Source: Tubiluchus corallicola
Taxonomy: Eukaryota > Animalia > Priapulida
DNA length: 64,000 nt
Direction of reading: 5' to 3'
Assembly (NCBI GenBank): GCA_030141605.1
Contig: JAQGDQ010000619.1
Coordinates: forward strand, 1 to 64,000
This document shows, piece by piece, positions 1 to 12,589 of the stretch. Position 1 is the first letter of the stretch, and each line of letters begins with the position of its first letter. Made by a program: the position numbers and the translations under genes. The notes under the pieces were generated by a model that saw only the letters and a list, made by a program, of their open reading frames with translations, searched no databases and had not been told where the DNA came from.

Positions 1-735
1 CTTATAAATGAAATACATGGCAAGTTATAAATGAAACACATGGTAACTTATAGTGAAACGCATGGTAATTCTAAATGAAACACCTGGTAAATTGTAAATG
101 AAACACATGGTAATTTGTAAATGAAACACATGGTAACTTATAAATGAAACACATGGTAACTTATAAGTGAAACACATGGTAATTATAAGTGAAACACATG
201 GTAATTATAAATGAAACACATGGTAACTTATAAATGAAACACATGGTAACTTATAAATGAAACACCTGATAACTTATAAATGAAATACATGGCAAGTTAT
301 AAATGAAACACATGGTAACTTATAAGTGAAACACATGGTAATTCTAAATGAAACACCTGGTAAATTTTAAATGAAACACATGGTAATTTGTAAATGAAAC
401 ACATGGTAATTTGTAAATGAAACACATGGTAATTTGTAAATGAAACACATGGTAACTTATAAATGAAACACATGGTAAGTTATAAGTGAAACACATGGTA
501 ACTTGTAAATGAAACACATGGTAACTTATAAGTGAAACACATGGTAACTTGTAAATGAAACATGTGGTAACTTGCAAATAAAACACCTGGTAACTTGTAA
601 ATGAAACACGTGGTAACTTATAAGTGAAACACATGGTAACTTATAAATGAAACACATGGTAACTTATAAATGAAACACGTGGTAACTTATAAGTGAAACA
701 CGTGGTAACTTATAAATGAAACACATGGTAACTTG
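1..735. repeat. Minisatellite, 23-bp unit (TTATAAATGAAACACATGGTAAC), about 32 copies, runs off the window start
   Basis: Direct tandem periodicity; the ORF at 344-634 repeats every 23 aa (3x23 nt). Confidence 0.95.
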
Positions 736-881
736 AATCACTTTTAAATGAAACAGACGATAATTTATACCATATAGTTTAAATGCTTTTAAATTTTGCC
801 TCACTGATATTTACTTTTGATAACTATAACTTAGTTTACTCGTACATTTTTATTATAACAGCTTGATATCTTTTTTTACAG

Positions 882-1016
882 AGTTCTCTTTTACCTTACT
901 TTGTCATTTTTGTTCTGGAACAAGCATTAGGGCGAAACACCACAGCACTTTATACTGTTTTTTGCATATTCGACCCTTTCTATGTACTGATGGGTGGACT
1001 TTACTGTATTGCTCAG
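882..1016 (+). CDS. ABCA-subfamily (ABCA5-like) transporter, internal exon in second membrane region
   Basis: ttttttacag acceptor, CAG|gtaatt donor; 135 nt, phase 0-0; SSLLPYFVIFVLEQALGRNTTALYTVFCIFDPFYVLMGGLYCIAQ is hydrophobic; splices in frame to the exons below. Confidence 0.8.
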
Positions 1017-1134
1017 GTAATTTCATCTGTTTTCTATTCTGTGATTTTTCATGTTGCAAGAGCATAGCTACAAGTTGAGTGCATTTACACAGACTCAACT
1101 TTCATCTACCCCCGCCCCTGACTCTATAAAACGA

Positions 1135-1531
1135 TTGAAAATGAAAATTTTGTAAAAAATTATGTAATGTAATACGTGTTATGTTAGTTTTTTAATGTCA
1201 AATGTATAAATAGTGTAAATGTAATGAGTGAAATTTATGAGATGTAAAGCATGTTTCTGTTAATTGTGTCATGTTAAATGTATATATGTTGTGTAAAATA
1301 TGTCATGTAAAATTTAATGTACTTTTGTAATATTGTTTGGTAAAAATATTTTAATATGGTGTTTGTAAATATGTTCATTTATTGTATATAACTAGGTCTT
1401 AGTTTTGCACTTTAGTTTTTTTTAGTCTGCACTGGACGCATTTGTCTTGAACAGTGTTGTTATTTTAACATTACGCTGAGGCTTACTCAATTTTATTATA
1501 ATGAGTGAACCATTTTAATGACAAATAAAGA

Positions 1532-1587
<56 letters not shown>

Positions 1588-1630
1588 TAATAATAATAAT
1601 TATAATTATAATAATAATAATAACAATAAT
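1135..1630 (+). mobile_element. Dispersed repeat resembling a LINE (CR1/L2-group) 3' end with (AAT)n tail
   Basis: Near-identical reverse copy at about 60480-60790; diverged relatives near 38870-39060 and 41590-41720; AATAAA precedes the microsatellite tail. Confidence 0.6.
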
Positions 1631-1797
1631 AGATAAAAAAATGGTATAGAAATGGTATTTCATTTCTTACTCTTTTGAGGAAACATAGAATTGAATATTT
1701 CATTAGTTGCACTTACTGAATATTTGCCTGTCGGATTAAAATGACTTTTGGTCTAAATGTGTCTGTATTTCTTCAGATGTTTTTTTTTGCATTTTAG

Positions 1798-1887
1798 GTG
1801 ACGAGTCTTGCTTCTGTCGCAAACAAACCTGCAAGTCTTTCAAGTTATTTTGTGTGGAACACAAAGATTCCTGTTACACTAATTGTG
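1798..1887 (+). CDS. ABCA-subfamily transporter, internal exon
   Basis: ttttag acceptor, gttagt donor; 90 nt, phase 0-0; VTSLASVANKPASLSSYFVWNTKIPVTLIV. Confidence 0.7.
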
Positions 1888-1926
1888 GTTAGTATTGTGC
1901 TGCAATATGTAAGAGTTTGCTTCTTC

Positions 1927-2096
1927 ATTACTCACCGCGGGTTCAATACTCGCCGCGGGTTCATTACTCGCTGCGGGTTCATTACTCGCCATGGGTTCAT
2001 TACTCGCCGCAGGTTCAATACTCGCCGCGGGTTCATTACTCGCTGCGGGTTCATTACTCGCCATGGGTTCATTACTCGCCGCGGGTTCAATACTCG
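1927..2096. repeat. Minisatellite, 18-bp unit (GGGTTCATTACTCGCCGC), about 9 copies
   Basis: Tandem periodicity; 6-aa period in overlapping ORFs. Confidence 0.92.
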
Positions 2097-2176
2097 AATT
2101 GTCTGTTCGTGTTGCAGATTTGCATTTTGAACAAGGCTGAGATACCTTTATTTTTGCCAATTTAGTGTTTCATCTT

Positions 2177-3920
2177 AGAGGATTATGCTTGAAAACGAAC
2201 CACATCCCAGTACAGCCATAGAGGATTATGCTTGATAATGATTCATATCCCAGTTTAGCCATAGAGGATTATACTTGATAATGAACCATATCCCAGTCCA
2301 GCCATAGAGGATTATCATATCCCAGTTTAGCCATAGAGGATTATGCTTGATAATGAATCAAGTTCCAGTCCAGCCATAGAGGATTATGCTTGAAAATGAA
2401 CCATATCCCAGTTTAGCTATAGAGGATTATGTTTTATAATGAACCATATCCCAGTCCAGTCATAGAGGATTATGCTTGATAATGAATCATATCCCAGTTT
2501 AGCCATAGAGGATTATGCTTCACAACGAACCATATCCCAGTCCAGCCATAGAGGATTATGCTTGATAATGAACCATATCCCAGTCCAGTCATAGAGGATT
2601 ATGCTTGATAATGAACCATATCCCAGTCCAGCCATAGAGGATTATGCTTCATAATGAACCATATCCCAGTCCAGCCATAGAGGATTATGCTTGATAATGA
2701 ACCATATCCCAGTCCAGTCATAGAGGATTATGATTGATAATGAACCATATCCCAGTCTAGCCATAGAGGATTATCATATCCCAGTTTAGTCATAGAGGAT
2801 TATGCTTGATAATGAATCAAGTTCCAGTCCAGCCATAGAGGATTATGCTTGAAAATGAACCATATCCCAGTTTAGCTATAGAGGATTATGTTTTATAATG
2901 AACCATATCCCAGTCCAGTCATAGAGGATTATGCTTGATAATGAATCATATCGCAGTCCAGCCATAGAGGATTATGCTTGATAATGAACCATATCCCAGT
3001 CGAGTTATAGAGGATTATGATTGATAATGAACCATATCCCAGTCCAGCCGTAGAGGATTATGCTTGATAATGAATCATATCCCAGTCCAGCCGTAGAGGA
3101 TTATGCTTGATAATGAACCATATCCCAGTCCAGCCGTAGAGGATTATGCTTGATAATGAACCATATCCCAGTCCAGCCATAGAGGATTATGCTTGATAAT
3201 GAACCATATCGCAGTCCAGCCATAGAGGATTATGTTTGATAATGAACCATATTGCAGTCCAGCCATAGAGGATTATGCTTGATAATGAACCATATCCCAG
3301 TCCAGCCATAGAGGATTATGCTTGATAATGAACCATATCCCAGTTTGGCCATAGAGGATTATGCTTGATAATGAACCATATTGCAGCCCAGCCATAGAGG
3401 ATTATGCTTGATAATGAACCATATTCCAGCCCAGCCATAGAGGATTATGCTTGATAATGAACCATATTCCAGTCCAGCCATGGAGGATGATGCTTGATAA
3501 TGAACTATATTCCAGTCCAGCCATAGAGGATTATGCTTGATAATGAACCATATCCCAGTCCAGCCATAGAGGATTATGATTGATAATGAACCATATCCCA
3601 GTCTAGCCATAGAGGATTATCATATCCCAGTTTAGTCATAGAGGATTATGCTTGATAATGAATCAAGTTCCAGTCCAGCCATAGAGGATTATGCTTGAAA
3701 ATGAACCATATCCCAGTTTAGCTATAGAGGATTATGTTTTATAATGAACCATATCCCAGTCCAGTCATAGAGGATTATGCTTGATAATGAATCATATCCC
3801 AGTCCAGCCATAGAGGATTATGCTTGATAATGAACCATATCCCAGTCCAGTTATAGAGGATTATGATTGATAATGAACCATATCCCAGTTTAGCCATAGA
3901 GGATTGTCTTTGATAATGAA
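2177..3920. repeat. Minisatellite, 43-bp unit (ATAGAGGATTATGCTTGATAATGAACCATATCCCAGTCCAGCC), about 40 copies
   Basis: Direct tandem periodicity with recurring variant units. Confidence 0.95.
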
Positions 3921-4588
3921 TCAGATTCCCGTCCCACTACAAGCTTACTGTTACACATCTTCGACAGGAAGTTTTGGCTAATATTGGCCTATTGAAATGA
4001 TGCTGTTAAATTGATAATCAACTCTGCCACATTCCCCTGATGTTGACTAAGTCAAAATAGAATGAGCAGAAGCTAGTTTGTGCTCTCCTTTCTTCACTCA
4101 TGTTACATTTGCATAACTAATGATTGGCTTAATGAAGAACAAGATCTTGTAAGCATGATCACGTGACAAACATTGACTTTAAAACAATGATAAACGTGTG
4201 GCAGCATTCACTTTGAACTAGAAACCATTTTTATCAAAGTGGATACAGCCTTTGTATATTATATTTTGTCATTAATTTAACACAGTTTAGTCTCAATAAG
4301 TACCTATACGTTTATCTGATTCTAAATTCCGTGCGAAATAATCTCGTAGATCCGTTCTAGCCACACCAGAGCTAATCTATACAGTGAGTTATCCATACTC
4401 GGGGCACTGACCCGCTTGCGTAAAACAAATTGACATTTCAGACTAACAGCACCGTAATGCTAATTGATCTTGTCAATATTTTGTGATTTTTTTCTTAAAT
4501 GCTCTAAATAAATAAATAAATCAAGTCACCAGGGGAAGTTCAGTTTATAATGAAATCGCAAATGAATCAAATTAATATAATAATATAA

Positions 4589-5015
4589 TTGTTGTTGGCA
4601 TCCTTCTGTCTCGGAAGACAATGGAGTGTGCGCCAAGAGAGTCAGTTATTGATCACATTGATGAAGCTGCAGCGTCGACTGTGGCTGAGCACTCCGATCC
4701 TTGAACGTCTCCAGGGCGCACGCCTGGGCAAGGTGTATGGAGATCCTGAGTTGCCCAGACAGCATGAACCCCCTCTCTTCCTCCCTGGTGTAGTCCAAAG
4801 GAAAGCGGAGCGATACATTTGGCACCAGGTTGGCTGCAGGAGCTGCCGGAGTCAGTGAGCATGCTGCACTGGTCCGCCTTCGGGGCTCCACTCCTGATTT
4901 GGAAGGTTTACTCCTCTACACATGGCCATTCGGTCACTTGACCTCCTTCGCCCTCTAGCCGTTGGTGTTTGTGCAGCTCCTCCGCCTAGTGTCGAGATAC
5001 AGTGTGGGCATCCCG
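4589..5015 (-). mobile_element. RTE-type non-autonomous retroposon (SINE-like), full-length copy 1
   Basis: Four similar copies in window; (CAA)n tail; 3' part translates to SRIGxLSHSRRC, typical of RTE ORF2 C-termini, followed by GAGACAGAAGGATGCCAACAA. Confidence 0.8.
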
Positions 5016-5424
5016 AAATTATATAATAATTTAATAATATAAATATTTATTATAAACAGAACTTCTTTTGGTGACTTGTTTATTTATTTTGTAATTTTGA
5101 TGTGAAACATTTTACATTTTTTAAAATACATTTAGAATGTTGTAGAAATGTGACTAAATTTAGACTTACCCAAACCAAGCAGTCAGTTAGTTAAACAAGT
5201 TTTCCAAGTTAGTTTCTGGTCAGAATTACTTATCAAATAACGTATCTAATGTTTTTTTTGTAAAATATTTATTATTTATTTATTAAATATATCCACAACG
5301 ATCATTACAGCATTGTGCGTAAAAGTATTTAATAATATATTTATTATTATGTGCACAAGATACCAAACCGCAAATGACCCGTCCGGTACTCAAGAAGTAA
5401 TTACTTGTTTAGAGCACCCCAAAT

Positions 5425-5815
5425 GAATGTGGACTGAGTGTAGTAGAAAAGAGCAGTAAAGGAGTAGAAAGAAAGGTTAATAGAGAATAGAAAGAAAGAG
5501 AAAGATGTGATGGTATCTGTATGAAGTAATGTATGAAGTAATGAACGTGGACTGAGTGTAGTAGAAAAGAGTAGTAAAGGAGTAGAAAAGAAAGGTTAAT
5601 AGAGAATAGAAAGAAGGAGAAAGATGTGGTGGTATCTGTATGAAGTAACGAATGTGGATGAGTGTGTAGGCAGTAAGAGTAGAAATTAATAAAAGAAGGA
5701 GAAAGTATGGTATTATGATAATAACTTAAGAAAGAGCAAAGTAGTAAAAGAAAGGTTAATAGAGAATAGAAAGAAGGAGAAAGATGTGGTGGTATCTGTA
5801 TGAAGTAACGTGAAC
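5425..5815. repeat. Degenerate purine-rich repeat, about 3 copies of a roughly 120-bp unit
   Basis: GAAAGGTTAATAGAGAATAGAAAGAA...GGTATCTGTATGAAGTAA recurs three times. Confidence 0.7.
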
Positions 5816-5849
5816 TATAGAGTTTACGGGAATTTGTATGTTTTGATAG

Positions 5850-5944
5850 GCTGCGGCTGACATATTTTTTCTGGCAATACTGGTAAGAATTCTTGCTGTG
5901 TTCAAGATGGGAGGAAACATTAAAGATGCCTTGTGTTTCAAACG
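5850..5944 (+). CDS. ABCA-subfamily transporter, exon with last transmembrane helix
   Basis: ttttgatag acceptor, CG|gtatca donor; AAADIFFLAILVRILAVFKMGGNIKDALCFK(R); phase-2 end matches the next exon. Confidence 0.7.
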
Positions 5945-6544
5945 GTATCAACAGAATACTCACTGGTGAGTTTAGTAGCTTAACATTTGTTTTAACACAA
6001 AAGATGTTCATGTTTTCTAGCTAAGATTACAACGTATATCAACACACCACAAGTTCTTAGTTTTAAATCTTAATTTAACCATGCAAAGAAATGTGAAATA
6101 GTTTAAACTAAGCCTGGATTTGAACCTAAATCTTTACGCTACAAATTTTAAGTCTCAGACCGCTAGCTGTACTCCGGTTCCGGCTTAATCCCAGCGCATT
6201 CCGGTTCAATCCCAACAGGTTACCGATCTTTCAACAATTTCCAAATGTCAGTTTATTCTACGGTTCCGGTTTAATCCCAGCACATTCCGGTTCAATCCCA
6301 ACAGGCTACCGATCTTTCAACAATTTCCAAATATTAGTTCATTCATGTTGCAGCAATTACTGATTAGATAAAATTTTAACAATTGTTTTAATACTGTGTA
6401 AAACGAAACAAACATGTAATTTTAAACAAACAAATATACAAAAGTTTATACATAAACTTGATAAAGTCCTAAACAAATTTTTTTTGCTTACATTGCCTAA
6501 ATTGCTGCAGTTCAGAAACCTGTGGGTACACAACTGACAACAAA

Positions 6545-6760
6545 CTGCGTGAGCGACAGTACTTTCTCTACTTAGCAGCAGACGCTAGCAATGCAGCATA
6601 CAGTGTGTTATCGCAGACTGTGTGAGCGACAGTACTTTCTCTACTTAGCTGCAGATTCTAGCAGTGCAGCATACAGTGTGTTATCGCAGACTGTGTGAGC
6701 GACAGTACTTTCTCTACTTAGCAGCAAATGCTGGCAATGCAGCATACAGTGTGTTATCTC
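6545..6760. repeat. Short tandem repeat, about 3 copies (GTGAGCGACAGTACTTTCTCTACTTAGCAGCAG...)
   Basis: Direct repeats. Confidence 0.85.
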
Positions 6761-6949
6761 AGGTGGCCACATTCGCACAACAGTTAGACACTCCAGTATG
6801 CTGGGCTGTGAAGCAAACAGTACTACTCTCACTTGCTCTGGTTCTATACAAGTATAAAAAACAACTAAAGAAAAAGGACTTAATATATTGAATATTATCA
6901 ATAATATCGAGTGAAAACAGGGGCTGCTGCAGTTCCACAGTGTCTATAC

Positions 6950-7266
6950 CAGTGGTTCCTAAACTTTCTCGGACCGTTACCCAAATCGGGAAACCCGGTC
7001 GTGTCCATTACCCCCCACCTAGTACTACTTCTCCAACTCAAAAAGTAAACACACGTATATGCCACAAGCAAGCACAATTATTAATGTTTGCTCGTGACAT
7101 AAATAAATTTCCAGGTATTGTTGTTGTAGGCAGTCTCTTCAAGAAGAAAACTACGTAAAATGCATTCCGAGTGAAGTTTTAAAATTTTTCAGAGGGGTGC
7201 CTGTTACCCCCCAAAAAAACCATATTACCCCCGGGGGGTAATTTACCCCTACTTTGGGAACCACTG
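6950..7266. mobile_element. hAT (Charlie-like) MITE, copy 1
   Basis: TIRs CAGTGGTTCCTAAA/TTTGGGAACCACTG; perfect 8-bp TSD GTCTATAC (6942-6949, 7267-7274); second copy at 36640. Confidence 0.9.
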
Positions 7267-7325
7267 GTCTATACCGAGGAATACTTAAACACACAAATTT
7301 AATTTTTTGTTTCTGCTTGTAATAG

Positions 7326-7452
7326 TCTGCTGAAAAATACTGATCACATTGAAGATGAAGATGATGATGTAAAGATGGAAAGAGCAAAAGTTGCAAGATA
7401 TGCAAGCTCTTCAGTCGCTTCTTTTGCTGTTCAAGGTAGAGCCAAGATGCAG
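7326..7452 (+). CDS. ABCA-subfamily transporter, linker exon before second ATPase domain
   Basis: aatag acceptor, CAG|gtttgt donor; LLKNTDHIEDEDDDVKMERAKVARY... contains the ABCA-typical EDxDVxxER motif; phase 2-0. Confidence 0.85.
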
Positions 7453-9029
7453 GTTTGTCTGTTTGTCTGTTTATCAGCACTTGTATTGTTACTCGTGCAA
7501 GCCCCTAGTGAGGTGAATTTCATTTTACTCACATTGTTAAAGCCAGAGTTTCACAGAGGGCCGTGACGTTTTTACAACGATCGAAAATTTTCTAAATCTA
7601 AACATCTCCAGAAAATTCCAATCTTTTGTCACAAATCTTTCTTGCAAACTCGTAAATAATTTCACTCAATTTTCCTCACATTTTTGCAAATTTCCAGCTT
7701 TTTTACGAACGAAAATCGTGAGAATGTCGACTTATGCGACATGGCAAATGATCGAGTACATTGCTTTCGTCTCGCAACGATTTCAGGAAATTTTCGTAGA
7801 AGGAAGTGCGGGACAACTGAATGTCAAAAAAAATATTTGCAAAGTCGTTACAACATTCTCAAAAGCATCCGAAAATGTTCTCCAAGTTTTTTGCAAATTT
7901 TGAAATTATTGCTGAACATCACAAACCACTGGTGACAAATTTGTCCAGATTTGACGCATCTTCAGACAACTTTGCGACAGTTTGGCAAAATTTTGACGAA
8001 GTACCATTTTTTTTGCAATTCTGTGGACAAAATTTTAGCATTTTAAAAAATGTTGTCAAAGCCAGCACCCTGTTGGCGACTACAGCGAACACTCGTGAAT
8101 TCTTTGTTACAATTACTTTTGGAGCATACTTGATGGCCGCCAGAATTTTTCAATTAGTCGTGGCACTCCGGTAAACCTGACTTGAAATGGATGCAAAACA
8201 CCAGTTTAATGTGTTGACCAAAAGTTTCTTTATTCTATAATACAATGATTAACAATTAGTTTAATTTGCATTGAGTAGAAGAGAGCTCATTGCATGATTA
8301 GATGTATGACTATAACTAAGAAAACTGATATAAAATTTATATAAACTATATTGAAATTAATTAACAATAACTTACGTTGTTAGAGCCTTTAACAGTTACA
8401 AAGACAGGAATGAGAACTCCAAGTAGCCTTAAGAACAACAACGTCACAACAATAAACTCGTAAGAAATTCACAGTCATAGACAGAGATAGAGAAAAAGAG
8501 AAAAGAAATGAATTAGAAAGAAGTTCAGCAGAGACACGATGCAAAAGTATGAAAATGTAAACTGTAAAGTAACCAGTCGCGGGATTTACTGTGACTATCG
8601 GCAAAACAAGTTGCATTAGTGCATTGCTGATGCACTGCTATTCATTCAACTTCCTGTGTAACGTATAATACATTGTTTATCACTAGAAGGTTTTTGTGCA
8701 GGTTGGAAATTTTCCAATACTTTGTACTTATCATCCGGCCGTTGCAGGCTATCGGTTTTGACCGATCCTTGACCGCCAAGTTAAGCTGTTATAGTGATAA
8801 AATACTGAGATTAATTCTACTTTCTTCGTGAACTTACGGAATGTTTTGTGCTTGAATTTCAGTACGTTTCTGTCGGCAGCGATTCCTCCTCCGACGATGA
8901 GTTCTATGACTCTGCATTTGAACCGACCAGACGGTTGTTGTCATCGGGAAAAAGAGGCGCATATCGGCTGGAGCTGGAGCATCATACAAATGAGAGCGAT
9001 GTAATTCATTTGAGAATATGATTACTGAT

Positions 9030-9730
9030 GCAGTAAATCCTCGCTTAATGACTCCCCATTTAGCGATGTTGTTAACCATGCTCACCTTTTGACGCCATTT
9101 TTTCACTTAACGAAACACGTTTCACTTAACGTCACACGTTTTACTCGTCGCACGTTTCACTTAACGGCATACGTTTCACTTAACGGCACACGTTTCACTT
9201 AACGGCACACGTTTCACTTAACGGCACACGTTTCACTTTACGTCGCACGTTTCACTTAACGTCGCACGTTTCACTTAACGTCGCACGTTTCACTTAACGT
9301 CACACGTTTCACTTCACTGATGATTTTTTACTTTGCTCAAGGCAAATTTTAACCGTTGTTACTTTTGCTTGTTTTTGTCGAATAAGATTGTGACACATTT
9401 CTAATTTTAGGATGGTGTCACGTTTTTGTTATACAGTAAGTCCTCGCTTAACGACTCTCCGTTTAGCGACGTTTCATTTTAATGACGCTGAGCATTTGAC
9501 GCCTTTTCTTCACTTAACGACTCACCGTTTTGCTTTAACAACGATTTTTTTACTTTGCTGTAAGCCAATTTTATCTTATCAACAACTTTTTTACTCCATT
9601 TGATGCCTTAAAACTTTACATTTTAACGATGCTCACCTTTTGACATCATTTTTTCACTTAACGTCGCACGTTTCACTTCACTGATGATTTTTTACTTTGC
9701 TCAAAGCAAATTTTTATTTTATCAACAAAC
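9030..9730. mobile_element. Tigger/pogo-like MITE fragments with an internal 19-bp tandem repeat (GTTTCACTTAACGGCACAC, about 9100-9315)
   Basis: Ends CAGTAAATCCTCGCTTAA (9031) and TA-CAGTAAGTCCTCGCTTAACG (9432); duplicated internal segments. Confidence 0.55.
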
Positions 9731-10100
9731 AATTTTCCCCAGTTTGATGTAAACATTGTGATTATTATATAAGTTTTTGCTTATTGACTTACTACTAAAT
9801 CGTAGTGGTTTATATGTTATAAGACATGCAAGCGAACTTTATGCATGCAGCCTGTTGCTACGGCAACCAGACTAAGTATCTAGATAAAATTCCCAAGATG
9901 ATTGGCTTTGACTCTGCAGTGTTTATTGTTTAACCAGCTGCCTAGGCTTAAATTTTAATGAAAGAGGAACCGAAAGTTAGGTAATGTTAAGATATATTGG
10001 TGGTTTCGGGCAAGCAGAAAGAAACCAATCAGTAGAAATATGAATAAAACTCATAAAATGTTTATATGATTTAACCATGCTAGATTTTTGTCTCTGGAAC

Positions 10101-10582
10101 CAGGGATGAGAATTTTCCGCGGATATGCGGAATTCCGAGTTTTTGGAAGACCAGTAGTGCCATTTTCGTAAATCGTGTAAATTCGTTGAGAAAATTTTTA
10201 CGGACCCAGTACATTATTTCACAAACTGACCGCTAGGTGGCAGGCCGTCACTTTGTTTACATCACGTACATCAGTGTAACCACGTGTTTATCTCTATGTA
10301 TAAAAATATAGAATCAATTGTGCGGAGTTATTTGAGTCAATTGCAGACAGTTTTTATATACTTTTACATAGGAGCGGCCAGTACTTGGGCGTTTTTGAGA
10401 CAATTAGGTATCATGTATCCTTGATAGTTGGGTATTTTAAATTATGCATGAAACAAGGTAATTGATATTTTAAGTCCACGTAGAGGCTCTCTATGGTCAC
10501 AAAATTGCTATTTGTTTGTTGTGCGGTCCCCAAACCCCCTGCCTGTTTCAGAGTTTTTTGCAATTTGTCATTCTCATCCCTG
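10101..10582. mobile_element. MITE with CAGGGATGAGAAT TIRs (hAT/P-like), copy 1
   Basis: 13-bp TIRs; perfect 8-bp TSD TCTGGAAC; inverted copy at 13552-14045. Confidence 0.88.
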
Positions 10583-10798
10583 TCTGGAACATATCTCACT
10601 TCTTTTACATTACTTTCTACGGAAGTCTTGGCTTCGTTTAACGACATTTCGCTTAACATCACAATTTATACATCAGCTTCATTAAGCGAGGATTTGCTGC
10701 ATTACTTTTGAACTGAATTCTCGATTTTTGTTTTCACCAAGCCATCTGCTCACTGAAACTTCATTTACTTACTAACTGATTTCTTTATTTCTAACTTT

Positions 10799-10952
10799 GT
10801 TGGTTGTTGTTGGTTGGCCTCCTTCTGTCTCGGAAGACAATGGAGTGTGCGCCAAGAGAGTCAGTTATTGATCACATTGATGGAGCTGCAGCGTCGACTG
10901 TGGCTTAACAGTGCGATCCTTGAACGTCTCCAGGGCGCACGACTGGGCAAGG
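10799..10952 (-). mobile_element. RTE-type non-autonomous retroposon, 5'-truncated copy 2
   Basis: Matches the 3' ~150 bp of copy 1; 11-bp TSD TTTCTAACTTT (10788-10798, 10953-10963). Confidence 0.85.
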
Positions 10953-11304
10953 TTTCTAACTTTAGTCTTGGGGAAAGTCCTCACCTCCTGCTATGTAGCA
11001 AATTAATGCTGTCAGACACGGAAGGAATACCAGATTTTCAAATTAATACGTACTTTAAAGTTTAAAATAGCTTTTTTGTGATATTGTGCTGTACTTGTGT
11101 TTAATTAGTGAACACGTTTAAAATCAAAATAAATAATTAAAAAAATAAACACAACTGTTTGGACTCTGGACAGTCCAATAATTTTGTAATCTAATAATTG
11201 AGGTGCATTGCATTATTATTGTGAAAAGGAAATTATCTGGTATTTATGGTATGTTTGTGCTATAAGCCTTTTTGCAGTTTTGTGTACATATATGCAGTTG
11301 CTCT

Positions 11305-11609
11305 AGGTCAAAGGTTAAGTGTACCATAGCAACACGACTTAGCTACAACGTCACGCGATATGTTGGTAAAGCAAAGCCGTCTGCCGCATCAGCTCAGTAA
11401 TTCCAGTTGTTTTATGTGGACTTTACTTAATTATGCATTAGTCTGGGCATAGAGTGAAATACAAGCAGGATCTTACTTGAAAACAAGAAAAAATGAACTA
11501 GATAAGGTTCTAGCTAGTTGTTAAAACTGTTACTATTACAATAGCATGGGCTGTAAGGCGTTGTCAAGTGTACACAAATGTGTTGCCTGGGACACTTAAC
11601 CTTTGACCT
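11305..11609. mobile_element. MITE with AGGTCAAAGGTTAAGTGT TIRs
   Basis: 18-bp TIRs; diverged reverse copy at 27151-27452. Confidence 0.75.
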
Positions 11610-11786
11610 TTCCACAATCATCATCATTCGCTGGAACTGTGAAAAGGATTATTAGCTTCTGCTTATTTAATAATTCAAAACTTTACATTAATATTGTGCT
11701 CTGGTCTGTAGTATATGAAACACGGCATAAATATTTTACACTGCAAGTTACATAAATATCTATTTAATGTCTTATTTGTCTTGCAG

Positions 11787-11990
11787 CTTCCCGTTGTCAT
11801 GGTGAGAAATCTGAGAAAAGAATACGGCAAGCCGTCACAATGTTGTAAGAGAACCTCAAAGGTGGCCGTTCGAAATCTGAGCTTTGCCGTTCAGCGAGGA
11901 GAGGTTTTTGGGCTTCTGGGTCCGAACGGTGCCGGTAAAACGACCACTTTGAATTGTATAACGGCCACTGAGGGTCTTACTGCTGGCAGT
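11787..11990 (+). CDS. ABCA-subfamily transporter, Walker A exon
   Basis: ttgcag acceptor, gtaggt donor; 204 nt; [13 protein letters not shown]...[43 protein letters not shown]. Confidence 0.95.
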
Positions 11991-12589
11991 GTAGGTTTAT
12001 TATATGCAATAAATGGGAAAATAACCGTTGTGCTTTGCAGTGAACAGAATTGTATGAAAAAATTTTCTTGCGCAGAAATAAAGTTTTAAATATTCACTTG
12101 AATGATTTATTGTGTAAATAACCTATATATCTAATGCAATGACTTTCTACAAAGTGGCACTAATATTACTCCTGTAAGACTCTGGGAATGTTTTTTAACA
12201 GCACTGAGAGATTTGAACGGACATCAGTCTATATTGAAGTTTAAAGTTTTATTATTGCCACATTTAGTACAATATAGTGACAGCTTTGTCGTGTTGACAA
12301 AAGGTATAAGAGTAGAATATACTTTAAACGTTTATTGATACAGAAGTTTCCACAGAAATACAGGTAAAATGATGTCTGCATATAATGTCTTGTAAAAGCC
12401 AACTGGTAGTACAGAATATAGCAAAACTAGAGCAACCGTTCACTATTAGGTTAAACCCTTTTTTAGAATAAGTAACAGATAGATAGAAGCCATATCTACT
12501 ACAGTAAAAGCGGTTTTACAGGTTATTAATCTAATTGCAAATTAAATTTATTTGATTTTCAGTCGTTCACAACGACAATATTCAATAAA

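Noticed and set aside
4589-4891. Recurrent 70-110 aa ORFs (also 48834-49196, 50351-50584) suggesting a small gene family
   Set aside because: They are frames within copies of the non-autonomous retroposon
5409-6011. 200-aa minus-strand ORF
   Set aside because: Low-complexity repeat sequence, antisense to a better-supported ABCA exon
7540-8180. Possible MITE and short ORFs
   Set aside because: Only weak terminal inverted similarity, no clear TSD, no second copy, no recognisable protein motif
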